Shown here: piece by piece, positions 9,410 through 18,955 of the stretch
How the letters are laid out: each line of letters opens with the position of its first letter
Numbering within the stretch: position 1 is the stretch's first letter
From: an uncultured Eubacteriales bacterium
GTDB taxonomy: Bacteria; Acidobacteriota; Aminicenantia; Aminicenantales; Aminicenantaceae
Direction: 5' to 3'
Length of the DNA: 64,000 nucleotides
Assembly: GCA_964580235.1 (NCBI GenBank)
Contig: CAZOJY010000002.1
Coordinates: 12,994-76,993 of the forward strand
Position numbers and translations under genes: made by a program
The notes under the pieces: model-generated
The model's database searches: none
What the model was told of the DNA's origin: nothing
The model's input: the letters and a program-made list of their open reading frames with translations, nothing else

Positions 9410-10591
9410 ATGAAACCGGAAAACATAGTCACAATGATCCGTGGTGGAGATGTTTTTTCACCATTTCCCCTGGGAAAAAAAGATATAATGATCCTGGGGT
9501 CAAAGATCGGAGCAGTGTCCGATCCTGGCAAGATTCAGATAAAGGGGCTTCCCGTTTTGGAAGTTGATGCCTCGAATAACATATTGATTCCAGGGTTTGT
9601 CGACAGTCATGTCCACATTCTCGGGGGAGGTGGAGAAGGAGGGCCTGCAACTCGGGCCCCAGAAATTTCCATACAAGAAATTGTTGCCTCCGGAGTCACC
9701 ACGGTCATAGGCTGCCTGGGCACGGATGGGACAACCCGGCACATGGAATCCCTCCTCGCCAAAGCCAGAGGGCTGGAGGTTGAAGGCATAACAACGTATA
9801 TTTTTTCGGGTTCTTATCAGATACCAGTCGTCACCCTCACGGGTAGTGTGCGTTCGGATATCCTGATCATTGATAAAGTTATCGGGGCTGGGGAAATTGC
9901 CTTATCGGATCACCGGTCTTCCCAGCCAAGCTTTTCAGAATTCGCTCGACTTGCGGCTGACTGCCGAGTGGGAGGGATGTTGAGCCAGAAAGCGGGTGTG
10001 CTGCATTGCCACCTCGGGGATGGCGATCGGAAGCTGGACTTCTTTTTTAGGCTGATGCAGGAAACGGAGATTCCAATCACTCATGTCATCCCCACTCATG
10101 TCAACCGAAATCCTAAACTCCTCGAGGAGGCCATCCGGTTTATCCTACAGGGAGGTTATATGGATCTCACCGCAGAAACAGACCCGATTTCAGACGAGGA
10201 ACACGTCAGCATCGCCTCTTCCATCAAGCTCTGCTTGAAAAAAAAGGCTCCACTGGATCACATCACCATCAGTTCGGACGGCAACGGAAGCATGCCTGCG
10301 TTCGATCAGAACGGTCATCTGGTAGGTTTAACCATCGCCACTCAGAAAAGCCTGTGGGCCAATTTCCGCCATCTTCTTAAGGAGGATGTCATCAACTTAG
10401 AAGAAAACATCCGGCTTTTTTCAACCACGCCTGCCTTCTTCTATAAACTGAAGCAGAAAGGAGAAATCAAGCCTGGAAAGGATGCTGATCTGCTTATGCT
10501 GGATAAGGATTTTAAATTGACGGCCGGCTTCGCAATGGGCCGGAAAATGATGGCCGATGGCAAAATTCTGGTTAAAGGAACTTTCTCCTGA
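9410..10591 (+). CDS. iadA: isoaspartyl dipeptidase (beta-aspartyl peptidase)
   Basis: GFVDSHVHILGGGGEGGPATR motif of the IadA amidohydrolases. I prefer ATG 9410 over the TTG at 9347 used by the ORF track. Confidence 0.8.
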   Translation: MKPENIVTMIRGGDVFSPFPLGKKDIMILGSKIGAVSDPGKIQIKGLPVLEVDASNNILIPGFVDSHVHILGGGGEGGPATRAPEISIQEIVASGVTTVIGCLGTDGTTRHMESLLAKARGLEVEGITTYIFSGSYQIPVVTLTGSVRSDILIIDKVIGAGEIALSDHRSSQPSFSEFARLAADCRVGGMLSQKAGVLHCHLGDGDRKLDFFFRLMQETEIPITHVIPTHVNRNPKLLEEAIRFILQGGYMDLTAETDPISDEEHVSIASSIKLCLKKKAPLDHITISSDGNGSMPAFDQNGHLVGLTIATQKSLWANFRHLLKEDVINLEENIRLFSTTPAFFYKLKQKGEIKPGKDADLLMLDKDFKLTAGFAMGRKMMADGKILVKGTFS

Positions 10592-10652
10592 ACGAAAACG
10601 AACTTGACCTGATCAGAAGACACGATCTCTGCACAAAAACAGAAAAATCACA

Positions 10653-12050
10653 ATGAATAAAAAACCAAATCTTGCAGTCGCTTTGATCCCCATGATTGCC
10701 ATGGGCCTCCTTTTGGGTATCGGCTATGGCATATACCAAATCCGTCCACAAGTGCTTCTTGTGGCTGCAGCTTTTCTAACCGGCTGTTTGGGACTGTTGT
10801 TGCGTTTCAGCTGGCAGGAGATGGAAAGAGGGATTGTTGACAGTATCCATAAGGCCATGCCCGCAATTCTGATCATGCTGTGCGTGGGCATTTTAATCGG
10901 CGCCTGGATCGCAAGCGGTACCATTCCGATGGTCATTTATTACGGCTTGAAACTCATCTCCCCAAAATTTTTTCTGGTAACCGCCTGTTTTGTCTGCTCC
11001 CTGACATCGATTGCTACTGGAACTTCCTGGGGGACAATAGGAACTCTCGGCGTTGCTTTTATCGGGATCGCCTTGGGCCTCGGTATTCCCCTGGGACCTG
11101 CGGCCGGAGCCATCGTGGCCGGGGCCTATTTTGGAGACAAAATGTCCCCCTTCTCGGACGTCACAAACTTGGCGCCTGTTGCCGCGGGCTCGAATCTTTT
11201 TGATCACATCAAGCACATGCTCTGGTCGGCTACCCCGGCTTGGCTGCTTGGCCTGTTCATCTATTTCCTGGTGGGGCTGAGATACGGAGCGGAATCTGTC
11301 GAATCAGAATCCATGGCTCTTATCACCCAAACCTTGAAAGAAAATTTTCATTTCCACATCCTTCTCTTTTTGCCGATGGCCATTGTCTTCTATTTTGCAG
11401 CCACAAAAAAGCCCACCATACCGGGAATGCTTCTCTCCTCTTTCGTAGCGGGAATCCTTGCCGTCATTTTCCAGAAAGCGTCCATCACAGAAATCGCCGC
11501 AGCTTTGAACACCGGATATCAAGCAAACACAGGAGTTGAACAGGTCGACAAATTGATATCCCGCGGCGGAATGATGAGCATGATGGAAACACAGCTTGTG
11601 GCCTTCACAGCCTTTAGCTTCGGCGGTATTATGCAGCGCACAGGGCTTCTATCTGTCATCTTGGATAAGGTTATGAAGTTCGCCAACAAGATCTGGAGCA
11701 TCGTCCTCACAACCATCGCCGCATCGATCGTAACAGCTCTAGTAACGGGAAGCAGCTACCTTTCCATGATCATCCCAGGAGAACTGCTGGCCCCTATCTA
11801 TAAAAAAAAGAATCTTGCCGCAAAAAACCTATCCCGCATCATCGAAGAAAGCGGAGCCATCATCGTCCCTCTTATTCCCTGGAGCATGGCCGGTGTCTAT
11901 ATAACCGGGACAATCGGTGTTTCAACTTTCACCTACCTCCCATGGGCTATTATGAACTATGCGGCCGTAGTGATTCTGGCCATCTTCGGCTTCACAAAAT
12001 TCACTATGGCCCCAAAATTCCGGGAAGACGAAACCCAAATAGGAAGTTGA
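10653..12050 (+). CDS. nhaC: Na+/H+ antiporter NhaC family transporter
   Basis: Polytopic membrane protein of 465 aa. GAWIASGTIPMVIYYGLKLISPKFF...IATGTSWGTIGTLGVAFIGIA matches the NhaC core. Confidence 0.75.
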   Translation: MNKKPNLAVALIPMIAMGLLLGIGYGIYQIRPQVLLVAAAFLTGCLGLLLRFSWQEMERGIVDSIHKAMPAILIMLCVGILIGAWIASGTIPMVIYYGLKLISPKFFLVTACFVCSLTSIATGTSWGTIGTLGVAFIGIALGLGIPLGPAAGAIVAGAYFGDKMSPFSDVTNLAPVAAGSNLFDHIKHMLWSATPAWLLGLFIYFLVGLRYGAESVESESMALITQTLKENFHFHILLFLPMAIVFYFAATKKPTIPGMLLSSFVAGILAVIFQKASITEIAAALNTGYQANTGVEQVDKLISRGGMMSMMETQLVAFTAFSFGGIMQRTGLLSVILDKVMKFANKIWSIVLTTIAASIVTALVTGSSYLSMIIPGELLAPIYKKKNLAAKNLSRIIEESGAIIVPLIPWSMAGVYITGTIGVSTFTYLPWAIMNYAAVVILAIFGFTKFTMAPKFREDETQIGS

Positions 12051-12076
12051 TCCACCATAATTCCATTTTATCTGGA

Positions 12077-12358
12077 TTATTTATTGCCTTTTTTGTCGAA
12101 ATTCGTGAGCGCTTTTTTAAAAATCTCGCGGGCCTTTTCTTTTCTCTTCTCCCGCATTTCCGAAGTGGCCTCAAATTTTCTTTCAAATCCCTCCCTTTTT
12201 TTCTTCTCCTGAACCAAAAGATCATCCAAAGATCCTTTCTTTCGCTGGCCCTTTTCCGAGCGAATAATTTGCTGTGTAACAGGGTCAATCCAGAGCACTT
12301 TCTGGCATCCCGGGCACTGAATACGAAATACCTTTTGATTTTTTTTTGCCGCTTTCAT
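12077..12358 (-). CDS. hypothetical small basic protein with a single CxxC (93 aa)
   Basis: ATG-started ORF with a Lys/Arg/Glu-rich composition and a CPGC motif. It lies downstream of, and on the same strand as, the sigma-54 activator. The antisense ORF (11942..12427) looks like junk. Confidence 0.45.
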   Translation of the reverse strand: MKAAKKNQKVFRIQCPGCQKVLWIDPVTQQIIRSEKGQRKKGSLDDLLVQEKKKREGFERKFEATSEMREKRKEKAREIFKKALTNFDKKGNK

Positions 12359-12367
12359 GAGATATGT

Positions 12368-12396
12368 AATTTAGCAGAAATTTTTTTTACAGACAA
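12368..12396 (-). promoter_or_regulatory. possible sigma-70-like promoter for the small basic protein (would give a near-leaderless mRNA)
   Basis: Minus strand: TTGTCT (12396-12391), 17-nt spacer, TAAATT (12373-12368). Only 9 nt and no Shine-Dalgarno before ATG 12358. Confidence 0.25.
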
Positions 12397-12461
12397 GCCA
12401 GCAAAAACTTCTTGGCCGTGCACATGAAAAACGAGCAAGAATAATGAACTCCAATATAATT

Positions 12462-13913
12462 TCAGACCAGTTTATTTTCCCCATCCGGCAGAATCCTGTG
12501 TTTTTTCATCAGTTTGAAGAGTCCTTGTCTGCTCAGCCCGATCTCTTCTGCTGTTCGTGTCCGGTTATAGTCACTGCGGGCTAAAGCCTCGTTTAAAAAT
12601 TTCTTCTCAAATTCGGCCTTGGCATGAAAATAATCGTACAGAGGAACCGTTGTTTCCCCGTATTGTCGACGAATTTTTTTTGACAGATATTCCTTTCTAA
12701 TCAGATTATCTTCCCCACAAAGAATCAAACACCTCTGGATCTCATTCTGAAGTTCTCTCACATTCCCAGGCCAGGAATAACTCAGCAAGAGCTGAAGAGC
12801 ATCCGGTGAAAAATAAACTCTTTCTCGCTTCAACTCACAACAATATTTTTCAATAAGGTGGTTTACAAGGCTTAGGATGTCCTCTCTTCTTTTCCGCAAG
12901 GGGGGAATATTGAGGGACACGATATTTAGGCGATAAAAAAGATCTTCCCGGAAACGGCCCTCGCTGACTTCTTTCTCGATATCCTTATTCGTTGCAGAAA
13001 TAAACCGGACATCGATCAAGCGCATTCTATTTTCACCGATTCGCCTGATCTCTCTTTCCTGAAGAACTCGTAGAAATTTAGCCTGAAGAGAAGGAGAGAG
13101 GTCTCCAATTTCGTCCAAAAAAAAAGTGCCTTGGTTGGCCTCTTCGATAAGGCCCGGTTTTTCCCTTACGGCCCCTGTGAAGGCCCCTCTTGTGTAACCA
13201 AATAACTCGCTTTCCAGGAGGTGATCAGGGATGGCTCCACAATTAATGGCAATAAATTTGCTCATTTTTCTCGGACCCGAATTATGAATAGTCCTTGCTA
13301 CGACTTCTTTCCCAGTGCCGCTCTCGCCAGAAATGAAAACAGAGATATCATTGTTCTTCACGCAATCTATGAAATGCAAAACATGCAAAAAATCTTGACT
13401 TTTTCCCACAAAACAGGATGAATTAAATCTAACAGTCTCCGTTTGATTTTTTATTTTCGATCGCCGTTTCAACAGGATATGGACAGGCCGGGCAAAACCT
13501 GACAAAACCTCGATATCCCGGGTGGAATACACTCCGCCGGCATCTCTCCTCATTAAATATATTCCCCCGATAGGTCTCCCCTTTTCGACGAGAGGATGGC
13601 AGACAATATTATCCGAAATTCCGAGATGTTGATCAGAGATAACCAAAGGATGTCCATTTTCGACAGCATCTCTGATTATATCAACCCGAAGCTGTTTTTC
13701 TTCAATTTGAGAAACATGCCGAACTTCCTGTTCGATTATACGGCTCTTTTGATCAACAAGAAGGATCGCTCCCAACTGAGAAGGAATTTCCTCCATGATC
13801 ACATCCAGCATCTTTCCTAGAGAAGATGAGCACATTTCTTTCACGATTGAACCATTCTGATAACGATTCCTGCCTTTATCTTTTCTCACATAATAAGGAT
13901 AATGGCAGAACAC
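12462..13913 (-). CDS. sigma-54-dependent transcriptional activator (GAF sensor, AAA+ domain, Fis-type HTH; no receiver domain)
   Basis: Walker A GESGTGKEV, intact GAFTGA loop (ELFGYTRGAFTGA), RFISATNKD, FREDLFYRLN, and C-terminal HTH NRTRTAEEIGLSRQGLFKLMKKH. The N-terminal ~150 aa are GAF-like. The start is uncertain: GTG 13913 or internal ATGs. Confidence 0.85.
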   Translation of the reverse strand: MFCHYPYYVRKDKGRNRYQNGSIVKEMCSSSLGKMLDVIMEEIPSQLGAILLVDQKSRIIEQEVRHVSQIEEKQLRVDIIRDAVENGHPLVISDQHLGISDNIVCHPLVEKGRPIGGIYLMRRDAGGVYSTRDIEVLSGFARPVHILLKRRSKIKNQTETVRFNSSCFVGKSQDFLHVLHFIDCVKNNDISVFISGESGTGKEVVARTIHNSGPRKMSKFIAINCGAIPDHLLESELFGYTRGAFTGAVREKPGLIEEANQGTFFLDEIGDLSPSLQAKFLRVLQEREIRRIGENRMRLIDVRFISATNKDIEKEVSEGRFREDLFYRLNIVSLNIPPLRKRREDILSLVNHLIEKYCCELKRERVYFSPDALQLLLSYSWPGNVRELQNEIQRCLILCGEDNLIRKEYLSKKIRRQYGETTVPLYDYFHAKAEFEKKFLNEALARSDYNRTRTAEEIGLSRQGLFKLMKKHRILPDGENKLV

Positions 13914-13971
13914 GGCCTGATACGGAACAGAATAAGGATGTAAGAATAAGAAGGTCCAGAGTTAGAGAAGG

Positions 13972-15915
13972 TTACTTGGAGGCTTGTTTTTCGATGCTTC
14001 TTATCCTGGCTGTAACATCTCCATATTCAGGATTCCATTTCAGGACTTCGCCGAACAGCATCAGAGCCTTTTCTGATTCTTTTTTCGCTTCATAAAGGGA
14101 AGCAATTTCATATTTCAATGCATATGCTTGAATGGAATTTCCTCCAACAAGTTTCAGGGCTTTTTCATACCATTTTATAGCCTCGCTGAATTCATTCTTG
14201 TGTTTGTAGCATTCACCCAGGTTCGTGAAACTTTCCATCTCCCATTTTTCATCCTGGGAAGCCAGCATAAACTCCTTAATGGCATCATCAATGAGATCTT
14301 GTTCAAAGTAGGCAATTCCCAGATTGTATCTGGCTTCTAAATCTGCTGTCCCGATTTTTTCATCCACTTTCATTTTGAAATCTGATACAATCGCAGACAA
14401 TTCCTTTTCGACAACGGTCGTATCCCCTCTTGTTTGCTGGTAAAAGATATGCTTTATGGCTTCCAGCTCTTCTTCGAGCTGACGGGAAAGGTCAAAGTAT
14501 CTTTTTTCACCTGTTTCTTGAGAAACAAGAGGAACGATATCTGTATCGGCAAAGATCTCAGCAGAAGTAAGTTTCTCACCTCTTTCAAACACTCCTGCAG
14601 CTTTTTCTTTGCCCTTCTCCAGCCGCTCCACAATCTCTTCTTCCTTGACCTGCGATGCGATGGCTCCGCGTTCCTTGATTTGTTGTGTAATCCGCACATC
14701 ATCTGGAATTTCTTCGAGTGGTTCAGGTTCGACTTTCTCTGAGTAGGCTTCCAACGGAATGACCTTCGGCTTGTCCTTTTTCTTCTCAGGCAAGACACCG
14801 GAAAGTTCTTCTCGGAGAGGCCCTATTTTCTGATCCATTTTTTTCTTCGTGTATTCCTTCATAAGCCTGCGGGCGACAATCTCGAAACTTTTTTTCTGCT
14901 TTTTTTCCCTGTAAATGCCTGCCAGGCTTTCTAATGAGGGAAGGTGATCTTTCTTGGCCATCAGAATCAGACCGAGGAGGCCGACAGCTTTGTCTTCTTT
15001 ATGTTTTTTTACAAGTGTGTCAACGAGAGGTTGGTAGAGTTCGAGAGCTAAATCATATTTTTTTTTCAGAATAAGAACGCGTCCCAGCCGAACTCTTGCT
15101 TCGACTTCCCTGGGTTCGATAGAGAGGATTTTATTAAATATATCTTCTGCCTTTTTGAGCTCTTTATCTTCAAAACATACGTTGCCCAAAAGATACAGAG
15201 CTTTTAAATTCTCCTTATTTTTTTTGAGGACTTCGTTGACAAGCTTCAGAGCTTCTTTCTTTTTTTTCTCCTGCTTGAACAGATCGATCATGTTTTCCAA
15301 AGTCCTGAGATGATCTTTGTTCAAAGATCTCGCTTTCATAAGGATCTCACCAGCATCCTTTAACGCATTCTTCCTCATCTTGTATTCGGCTGCCTCGTTA
15401 AGCTCATCCAGAGCTTGATCGACCTGTCCTTCCTTAATGAGCAGCTCGGCCAGATTCATCCGGGATTCCGCATCGTCGCTCTCCAATTTCAACAATTTCC
15501 TATAGGCCTCAATCGCCTCTTCCGATTTTCCTTTCCTGGTGAGCTTTTCAGCAAGATTTGAATACTCAGCCCTTGCTTCGGAGATGAAACCTCGGCCGCA
15601 ATAAAGATCAGCCAATTTTTTCAATGTCTGGATATCGTCGGGAGCTAACCGGCTGATCCTTTTGTATATGGCGATGGATTTTGTGAATATTCCCTTCTTT
15701 TCAAAATGAGCTGCAATCTTTTTAAACTCTGCGACAGCTTTGCCTGTTTGGTTTGCCTTGATAAACAAATCACCGATGATATTCCAAACCTGAAAATCCT
15801 GCTCGTCCCCTGATAATAGCTTTTGATATTCAGTGATGGCTTCTTCATATTTTTCTTTTTTGATATATTTCTCGGCCAGCGCTTCAATTTTGGCTCTTTC
15901 TTTATTTTGGTTCAT
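13972..15915 (-). CDS. tetratricopeptide repeat protein (647 aa: TPR arrays flanking an acidic linker)
   Basis: Repeated A-x3-Y/F-x-K/A-L 34-mer pattern at both ends (e.g. AITEYQKLL, AIEAYRKLLKLE, AIKWYEKALKL). The ATG overlaps the rnhB stop (ATGA). Confidence 0.75.
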   Translation of the reverse strand: MNQNKERAKIEALAEKYIKKEKYEEAITEYQKLLSGDEQDFQVWNIIGDLFIKANQTGKAVAEFKKIAAHFEKKGIFTKSIAIYKRISRLAPDDIQTLKKLADLYCGRGFISEARAEYSNLAEKLTRKGKSEEAIEAYRKLLKLESDDAESRMNLAELLIKEGQVDQALDELNEAAEYKMRKNALKDAGEILMKARSLNKDHLRTLENMIDLFKQEKKKKEALKLVNEVLKKNKENLKALYLLGNVCFEDKELKKAEDIFNKILSIEPREVEARVRLGRVLILKKKYDLALELYQPLVDTLVKKHKEDKAVGLLGLILMAKKDHLPSLESLAGIYREKKQKKSFEIVARRLMKEYTKKKMDQKIGPLREELSGVLPEKKKDKPKVIPLEAYSEKVEPEPLEEIPDDVRITQQIKERGAIASQVKEEEIVERLEKGKEKAAGVFERGEKLTSAEIFADTDIVPLVSQETGEKRYFDLSRQLEEELEAIKHIFYQQTRGDTTVVEKELSAIVSDFKMKVDEKIGTADLEARYNLGIAYFEQDLIDDAIKEFMLASQDEKWEMESFTNLGECYKHKNEFSEAIKWYEKALKLVGGNSIQAYALKYEIASLYEAKKESEKALMLFGEVLKWNPEYGDVTARIRSIEKQASK

Positions 15916-16568
15916 TCTTTTTCTTGATTCAATGGACGGAAGGAAAACCGATGGAAAACTGTCGGACCTTTTTTTTCAAGAGCCCGAAAATGATCCCTTG
16001 TTCCATACCCTTTGTGTTTCGAAAGAAAATATCCTTCATAAATGCTATCCAGATGGCTTATCATTTGGTCTCGAAGCACTTTGGCAATAATAGAAGCAGC
16101 AGCTACCGAAATACTCCTCCGATCCCCCTGTCGCAACCCCAACTGTTCATGAGATGTTCCGGGCAGTTGGAAACCATCCACGAGCAGAAAATCCGGGTAA
16201 AACGACATTTTTTGGACCGCTCTCCTCATAGCTTTAAAAGAGGCCTGATGTATGTTTTCTTCATCTATCTCTCTGTTTGTTGCCCACCCGATCCCGACAG
16301 CTTTTGCCGAAGCCAGGATGACTTTTGCCAATCTTTGCCTTTTTTGAGGCGTCAAAAGCTTGGAATCATCGATCTCCGGAATCCACAGCTCCCTGCTGTT
16401 TCGGATGAAATCACCCGAGAACATCAAAGACACGGCAACAACAGGGCCAAAAAGAGCGCCTCTTCCCGCTTCATCGATACCTGCAATGTTTTTATAACCT
16501 TTCTGGAGCAATTTTTCTTCGATCCGAAAATCTGCCACTTCTGGACTACCAATTTTATTAAACCACAT
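15912..16568 (-). CDS. rnhB: ribonuclease HII
   Basis: GIDEAGRGALFGPVVAVS and DDSKLLTPQKR catalytic motifs. Length 218 aa. Confidence 0.9.
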   Translation of the reverse strand: MWFNKIGSPEVADFRIEEKLLQKGYKNIAGIDEAGRGALFGPVVAVSLMFSGDFIRNSRELWIPEIDDSKLLTPQKRQRLAKVILASAKAVGIGWATNREIDEENIHQASFKAMRRAVQKMSFYPDFLLVDGFQLPGTSHEQLGLRQGDRRSISVAAASIIAKVLRDQMISHLDSIYEGYFLSKHKGYGTRDHFRALEKKGPTVFHRFSFRPLNQEKE

Positions 16569-16635
16569 CCCATCTATTTAGTCGAATTTTGAGCTCATAA
16601 ATGGGGGACATATATGAGCGATGCCACTTTTTTTT

Positions 16636-16980
16636 CTATCTTGCCTCTTTTAATCTAGCCGCTTTCCCCTTCAAGTTCCGGAGGTAATACAGTTTAGCAC
16701 GCCTAACCTTTCCCCGTCTCACGACCTCGATTTTTTTAATCATCTTGGAATGAAGCGGAAATACTCTCTCCACTCCTACTCCAAAAGAAATTTTTCGGAC
16801 CGTAAAGGTGGCACCAACTCCCGTGTTTCTTTTGGCGATCACATTCCCTCGAAAAATCTGGATTCTCTCTTTTTCTCCTTCGCGGATGATCACGTGCACT
16901 TTGACAGTGTCTCCGACCTTAAAAGGATCAAGACTTTTAATAATTAATTGTCCATCCTCAACTATATTCATTAGGCTCAT
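16636..16980 (-). CDS. rplS: 50S ribosomal protein L19
   Basis: [11 protein letters not shown]...[13 protein letters not shown]...[20 protein letters not shown]...[10 protein letters not shown]. Confidence 0.95.
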   Translation of the reverse strand: MSLMNIVEDGQLIIKSLDPFKVGDTVKVHVIIREGEKERIQIFRGNVIAKRNTGVGATFTVRKISFGVGVERVFPLHSKMIKKIEVVRRGKVRRAKLYYLRNLKGKAARLKEAR

Positions 16981-17714
16981 TTTGGCTTCCTTCCTTTGTG
17001 TATTTCTTCCAATATTTTTTTTTCTTCGGGAGATATTTTTTTTTGTTCGATTAGGTCAGGCCTTAAGCGCCATGTTTTTTCCAAGGCCTTTCTCCTTCGC
17101 CAATCTTGAATCTTTTTATGATCTCCAGAAAATAGAACGTCTGGAACGGTCATTCCTCTAAAGTCTCGCGGTCGAGTATAGTGGGGAAAATCATAAAGTC
17201 CTTCAATAAATGATTCTTGTCTGACAGACTCAGCCTTTCCGACAACGCGAGGAACAAATCGCGATACAGCATCTATGATTACCCATGCTGCTGGCTCTCC
17301 TCCAGTGAGAACATAATCACCTACCGATATTTCTTCTGTCGCAAGGTGTTCCTTCACTCTTTCATCTACTCCTTCATACCGGCCGCATATCAGAATTATC
17401 CCCGCCATTCGGGCCAGCTCTTCTGCCATGCAGCTGTCAAATTTCCTCCCTTGGGGAGAAAGCAAATAAACTGGGACGTCTTGCCTCTCTCGAATCTTTG
17501 CGACGGCGGAAAATATGGGTTCTGGTTTTAAAACCATGCCTTGACCTCCGCCGAAGGGCCGATCGTCCACCTGCTTGTGCTTCGAGTCGGAAAAATTTCT
17601 CAAGTCGTGCACTTTAACTGCGATCAAACCTTTTTCCAAAGCTTTTTTAACCACACCTCCTGAAAATAAACTCCCAAACATATCAGGAAAGATTGTAATT
17701 ATATCAAATCTCAT
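16977..17714 (-). CDS. trmD: tRNA (guanine37-N1)-methyltransferase
   Basis: [24 protein letters not shown] and [11 protein letters not shown] motifs. Confidence 0.95.
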   Translation of the reverse strand: MRFDIITIFPDMFGSLFSGGVVKKALEKGLIAVKVHDLRNFSDSKHKQVDDRPFGGGQGMVLKPEPIFSAVAKIRERQDVPVYLLSPQGRKFDSCMAEELARMAGIILICGRYEGVDERVKEHLATEEISVGDYVLTGGEPAAWVIIDAVSRFVPRVVGKAESVRQESFIEGLYDFPHYTRPRDFRGMTVPDVLFSGDHKKIQDWRRRKALEKTWRLRPDLIEQKKISPEEKKILEEIHKGRKPK

Positions 17715-18211
17715 TCAAGTCCAAAAGCCCATCGGGTGGATCGATGACAATCTCTCTTTTTTCAAGATTCACTTTAACACAAATGGACGCTGTGAAGGGG
17801 ATAAACATTTTCCTCTTTCCTTTCTCAACAATCAAGAGATCGTTCTCTTTAATGAAAAGAATATCGCTGATTAATCCGATCTCATTCCCGCTTTCCGTAA
17901 TCACAGAACAGCCTTTGAGTTGGAACAGGTAATATTCCCTTTTATTCAGCGGTTGGAGATCTTCCTCTGGAATCCAAATCGCTTGTCCCGCAAAATCACG
18001 TGCTTGAACAAGGGTGTCAATCCCCCGCAATTTAACGATACAAAATTTCTGGGATGGCCGAAAAAATTCGACCTCAAATTCCTTTAGGTTTTTTTTAACT
18101 CTAAAAAATACCCTTGAAAAAAAAAGGCTTTTGCAAGCGCTCGGAATGAAGCTTAGCTCTTAGCTCTCCTTGCCTGCCTTGTGTTCTGATAATCCTTCCG
18201 ATGCTGATCAA
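17704..18211 (-). pseudogene. rimM: 16S rRNA processing protein RimM with an interrupted reading frame (frame change inside the A9 run at 18117-18125); possibly an assembly artefact
   Basis: The N-terminal frame starts at TTG 18211 (LISIGRIIRTQGRQGELRAKLHSERLQKPFFFKGIF, then a stop at 18103-18101). The C-terminal frame is open from 18159 down to 17704 (...RVFFRVKKNLKEFEVEFF...KLRGIDTLVQARDFAG...PRC-barrel part). Removing one base from the run gives one 168-codon ORF. Confidence 0.75.
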
Positions 18212-18212
18212 C

Positions 18213-18449
18213 TTATCCTTTTTCAATGATCTCGAGATTGAATCTTCTTTTCAATTTCATACCTGCTGCACCAAGGATAACTCGAATGGCTCTGGCTGTT
18301 CGTCCTTGTTTGCCGATGACCTTTCCCAAATCTTCTGGGGCAACCTTGAGCTCTAAAATCGTGGTCTGCTCCCCTTCAAGTTGGGAAACCTTTACTTTGT
18401 CCGGATTGTCAACTAAGGATTTGGCGATCAATTCAACGAGTTCTTGCAC
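18213..18449 (-). CDS. khpA: KH-domain RNA-binding protein (YlqC/KhpA family)
   Basis: [20 protein letters not shown] GxxG motif. Length 78 aa. It occupies the canonical position between rpsP and rimM. Confidence 0.8.
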   Translation of the reverse strand: MQELVELIAKSLVDNPDKVKVSQLEGEQTTILELKVAPEDLGKVIGKQGRTARAIRVILGAAGMKLKRRFNLEIIEKG

Positions 18450-18460
18450 TGTAACCTCCT

Positions 18461-18724
18461 TTAAGTTTTCTTATTGGGTTGTTTCGCTGACTTGGAAACT
18501 TTATGCAATAGAGAGTGAACTGTGTTGGAAGCCTGAGCTCCATGTTCCAACCAGTATTTTGCACGTTCTAAATCCACCTTAATATCCGGAGGCTCCTTCA
18601 TCGGATCATAAAAGCCAAGAATTTCTTTTGCTTTGCTCTCTCGCGGCATCCGCGAATCGGTCACAATAATCCTGTAGAAGGGTTTCTTTTTTGCACCCAA
18701 CCGCATAAGTCGAATAGCTACCAT
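18461..18724 (-). CDS. rpsP: 30S ribosomal protein S16
   Basis: [26 protein letters not shown] prefer ATG 18724, because the longer track ORF (to 18769) would run through the promoter at 18760-18789. Confidence 0.9.
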   Translation of the reverse strand: MVAIRLMRLGAKKKPFYRIIVTDSRMPRESKAKEILGFYDPMKEPPDIKVDLERAKYWLEHGAQASNTVHSLLHKVSKSAKQPNKKT

Positions 18725-18759
18725 TTTTTCAACACTTCCTGATTTTAGTCGAGAATTAG

Positions 18760-18789
18760 ATATTAGCAAAAATGTAAAACAGAAGTCAA
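18760..18789 (-). promoter_or_regulatory. sigma-70-like promoter of the rpsP operon
   Basis: Minus strand: TTGACT (18789-18784), 18-nt spacer, TAATAT (18765-18760). Confidence 0.45.
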
Positions 18790-18955
18790 CAGATTTCAGG
18801 AATCTAGAAACAATTCTTTTTCAAACAGTAGAGGCTATAAATAACACTATTTTAAAAAAATACTTGTTTTTCCTTGACTCTCTATATTCATTTCAATAGG
18901 ATATCTTTCTCATTGCTTTTCCCTCGCTGGCAAAACAATCCGAAAAGAGGCATGG

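Noticed and set aside
11942-12427. 161-aa plus-strand ORF overlapping the end of nhaC and the small basic protein gene.
   Set aside because: It begins inside nhaC in another frame and its product is Phe/Leu-rich junk. The minus-strand 93-aa ORF has an ATG, a plausible promoter and a protein-like composition.
15924-16592. 222-aa plus-strand ORF that mirrors rnhB almost end to end.
   Set aside because: The minus-strand product has textbook RNase HII motifs. The antisense product is Cys/Phe/Arg-rich junk without a Shine-Dalgarno. This is a mirror-frame artefact.
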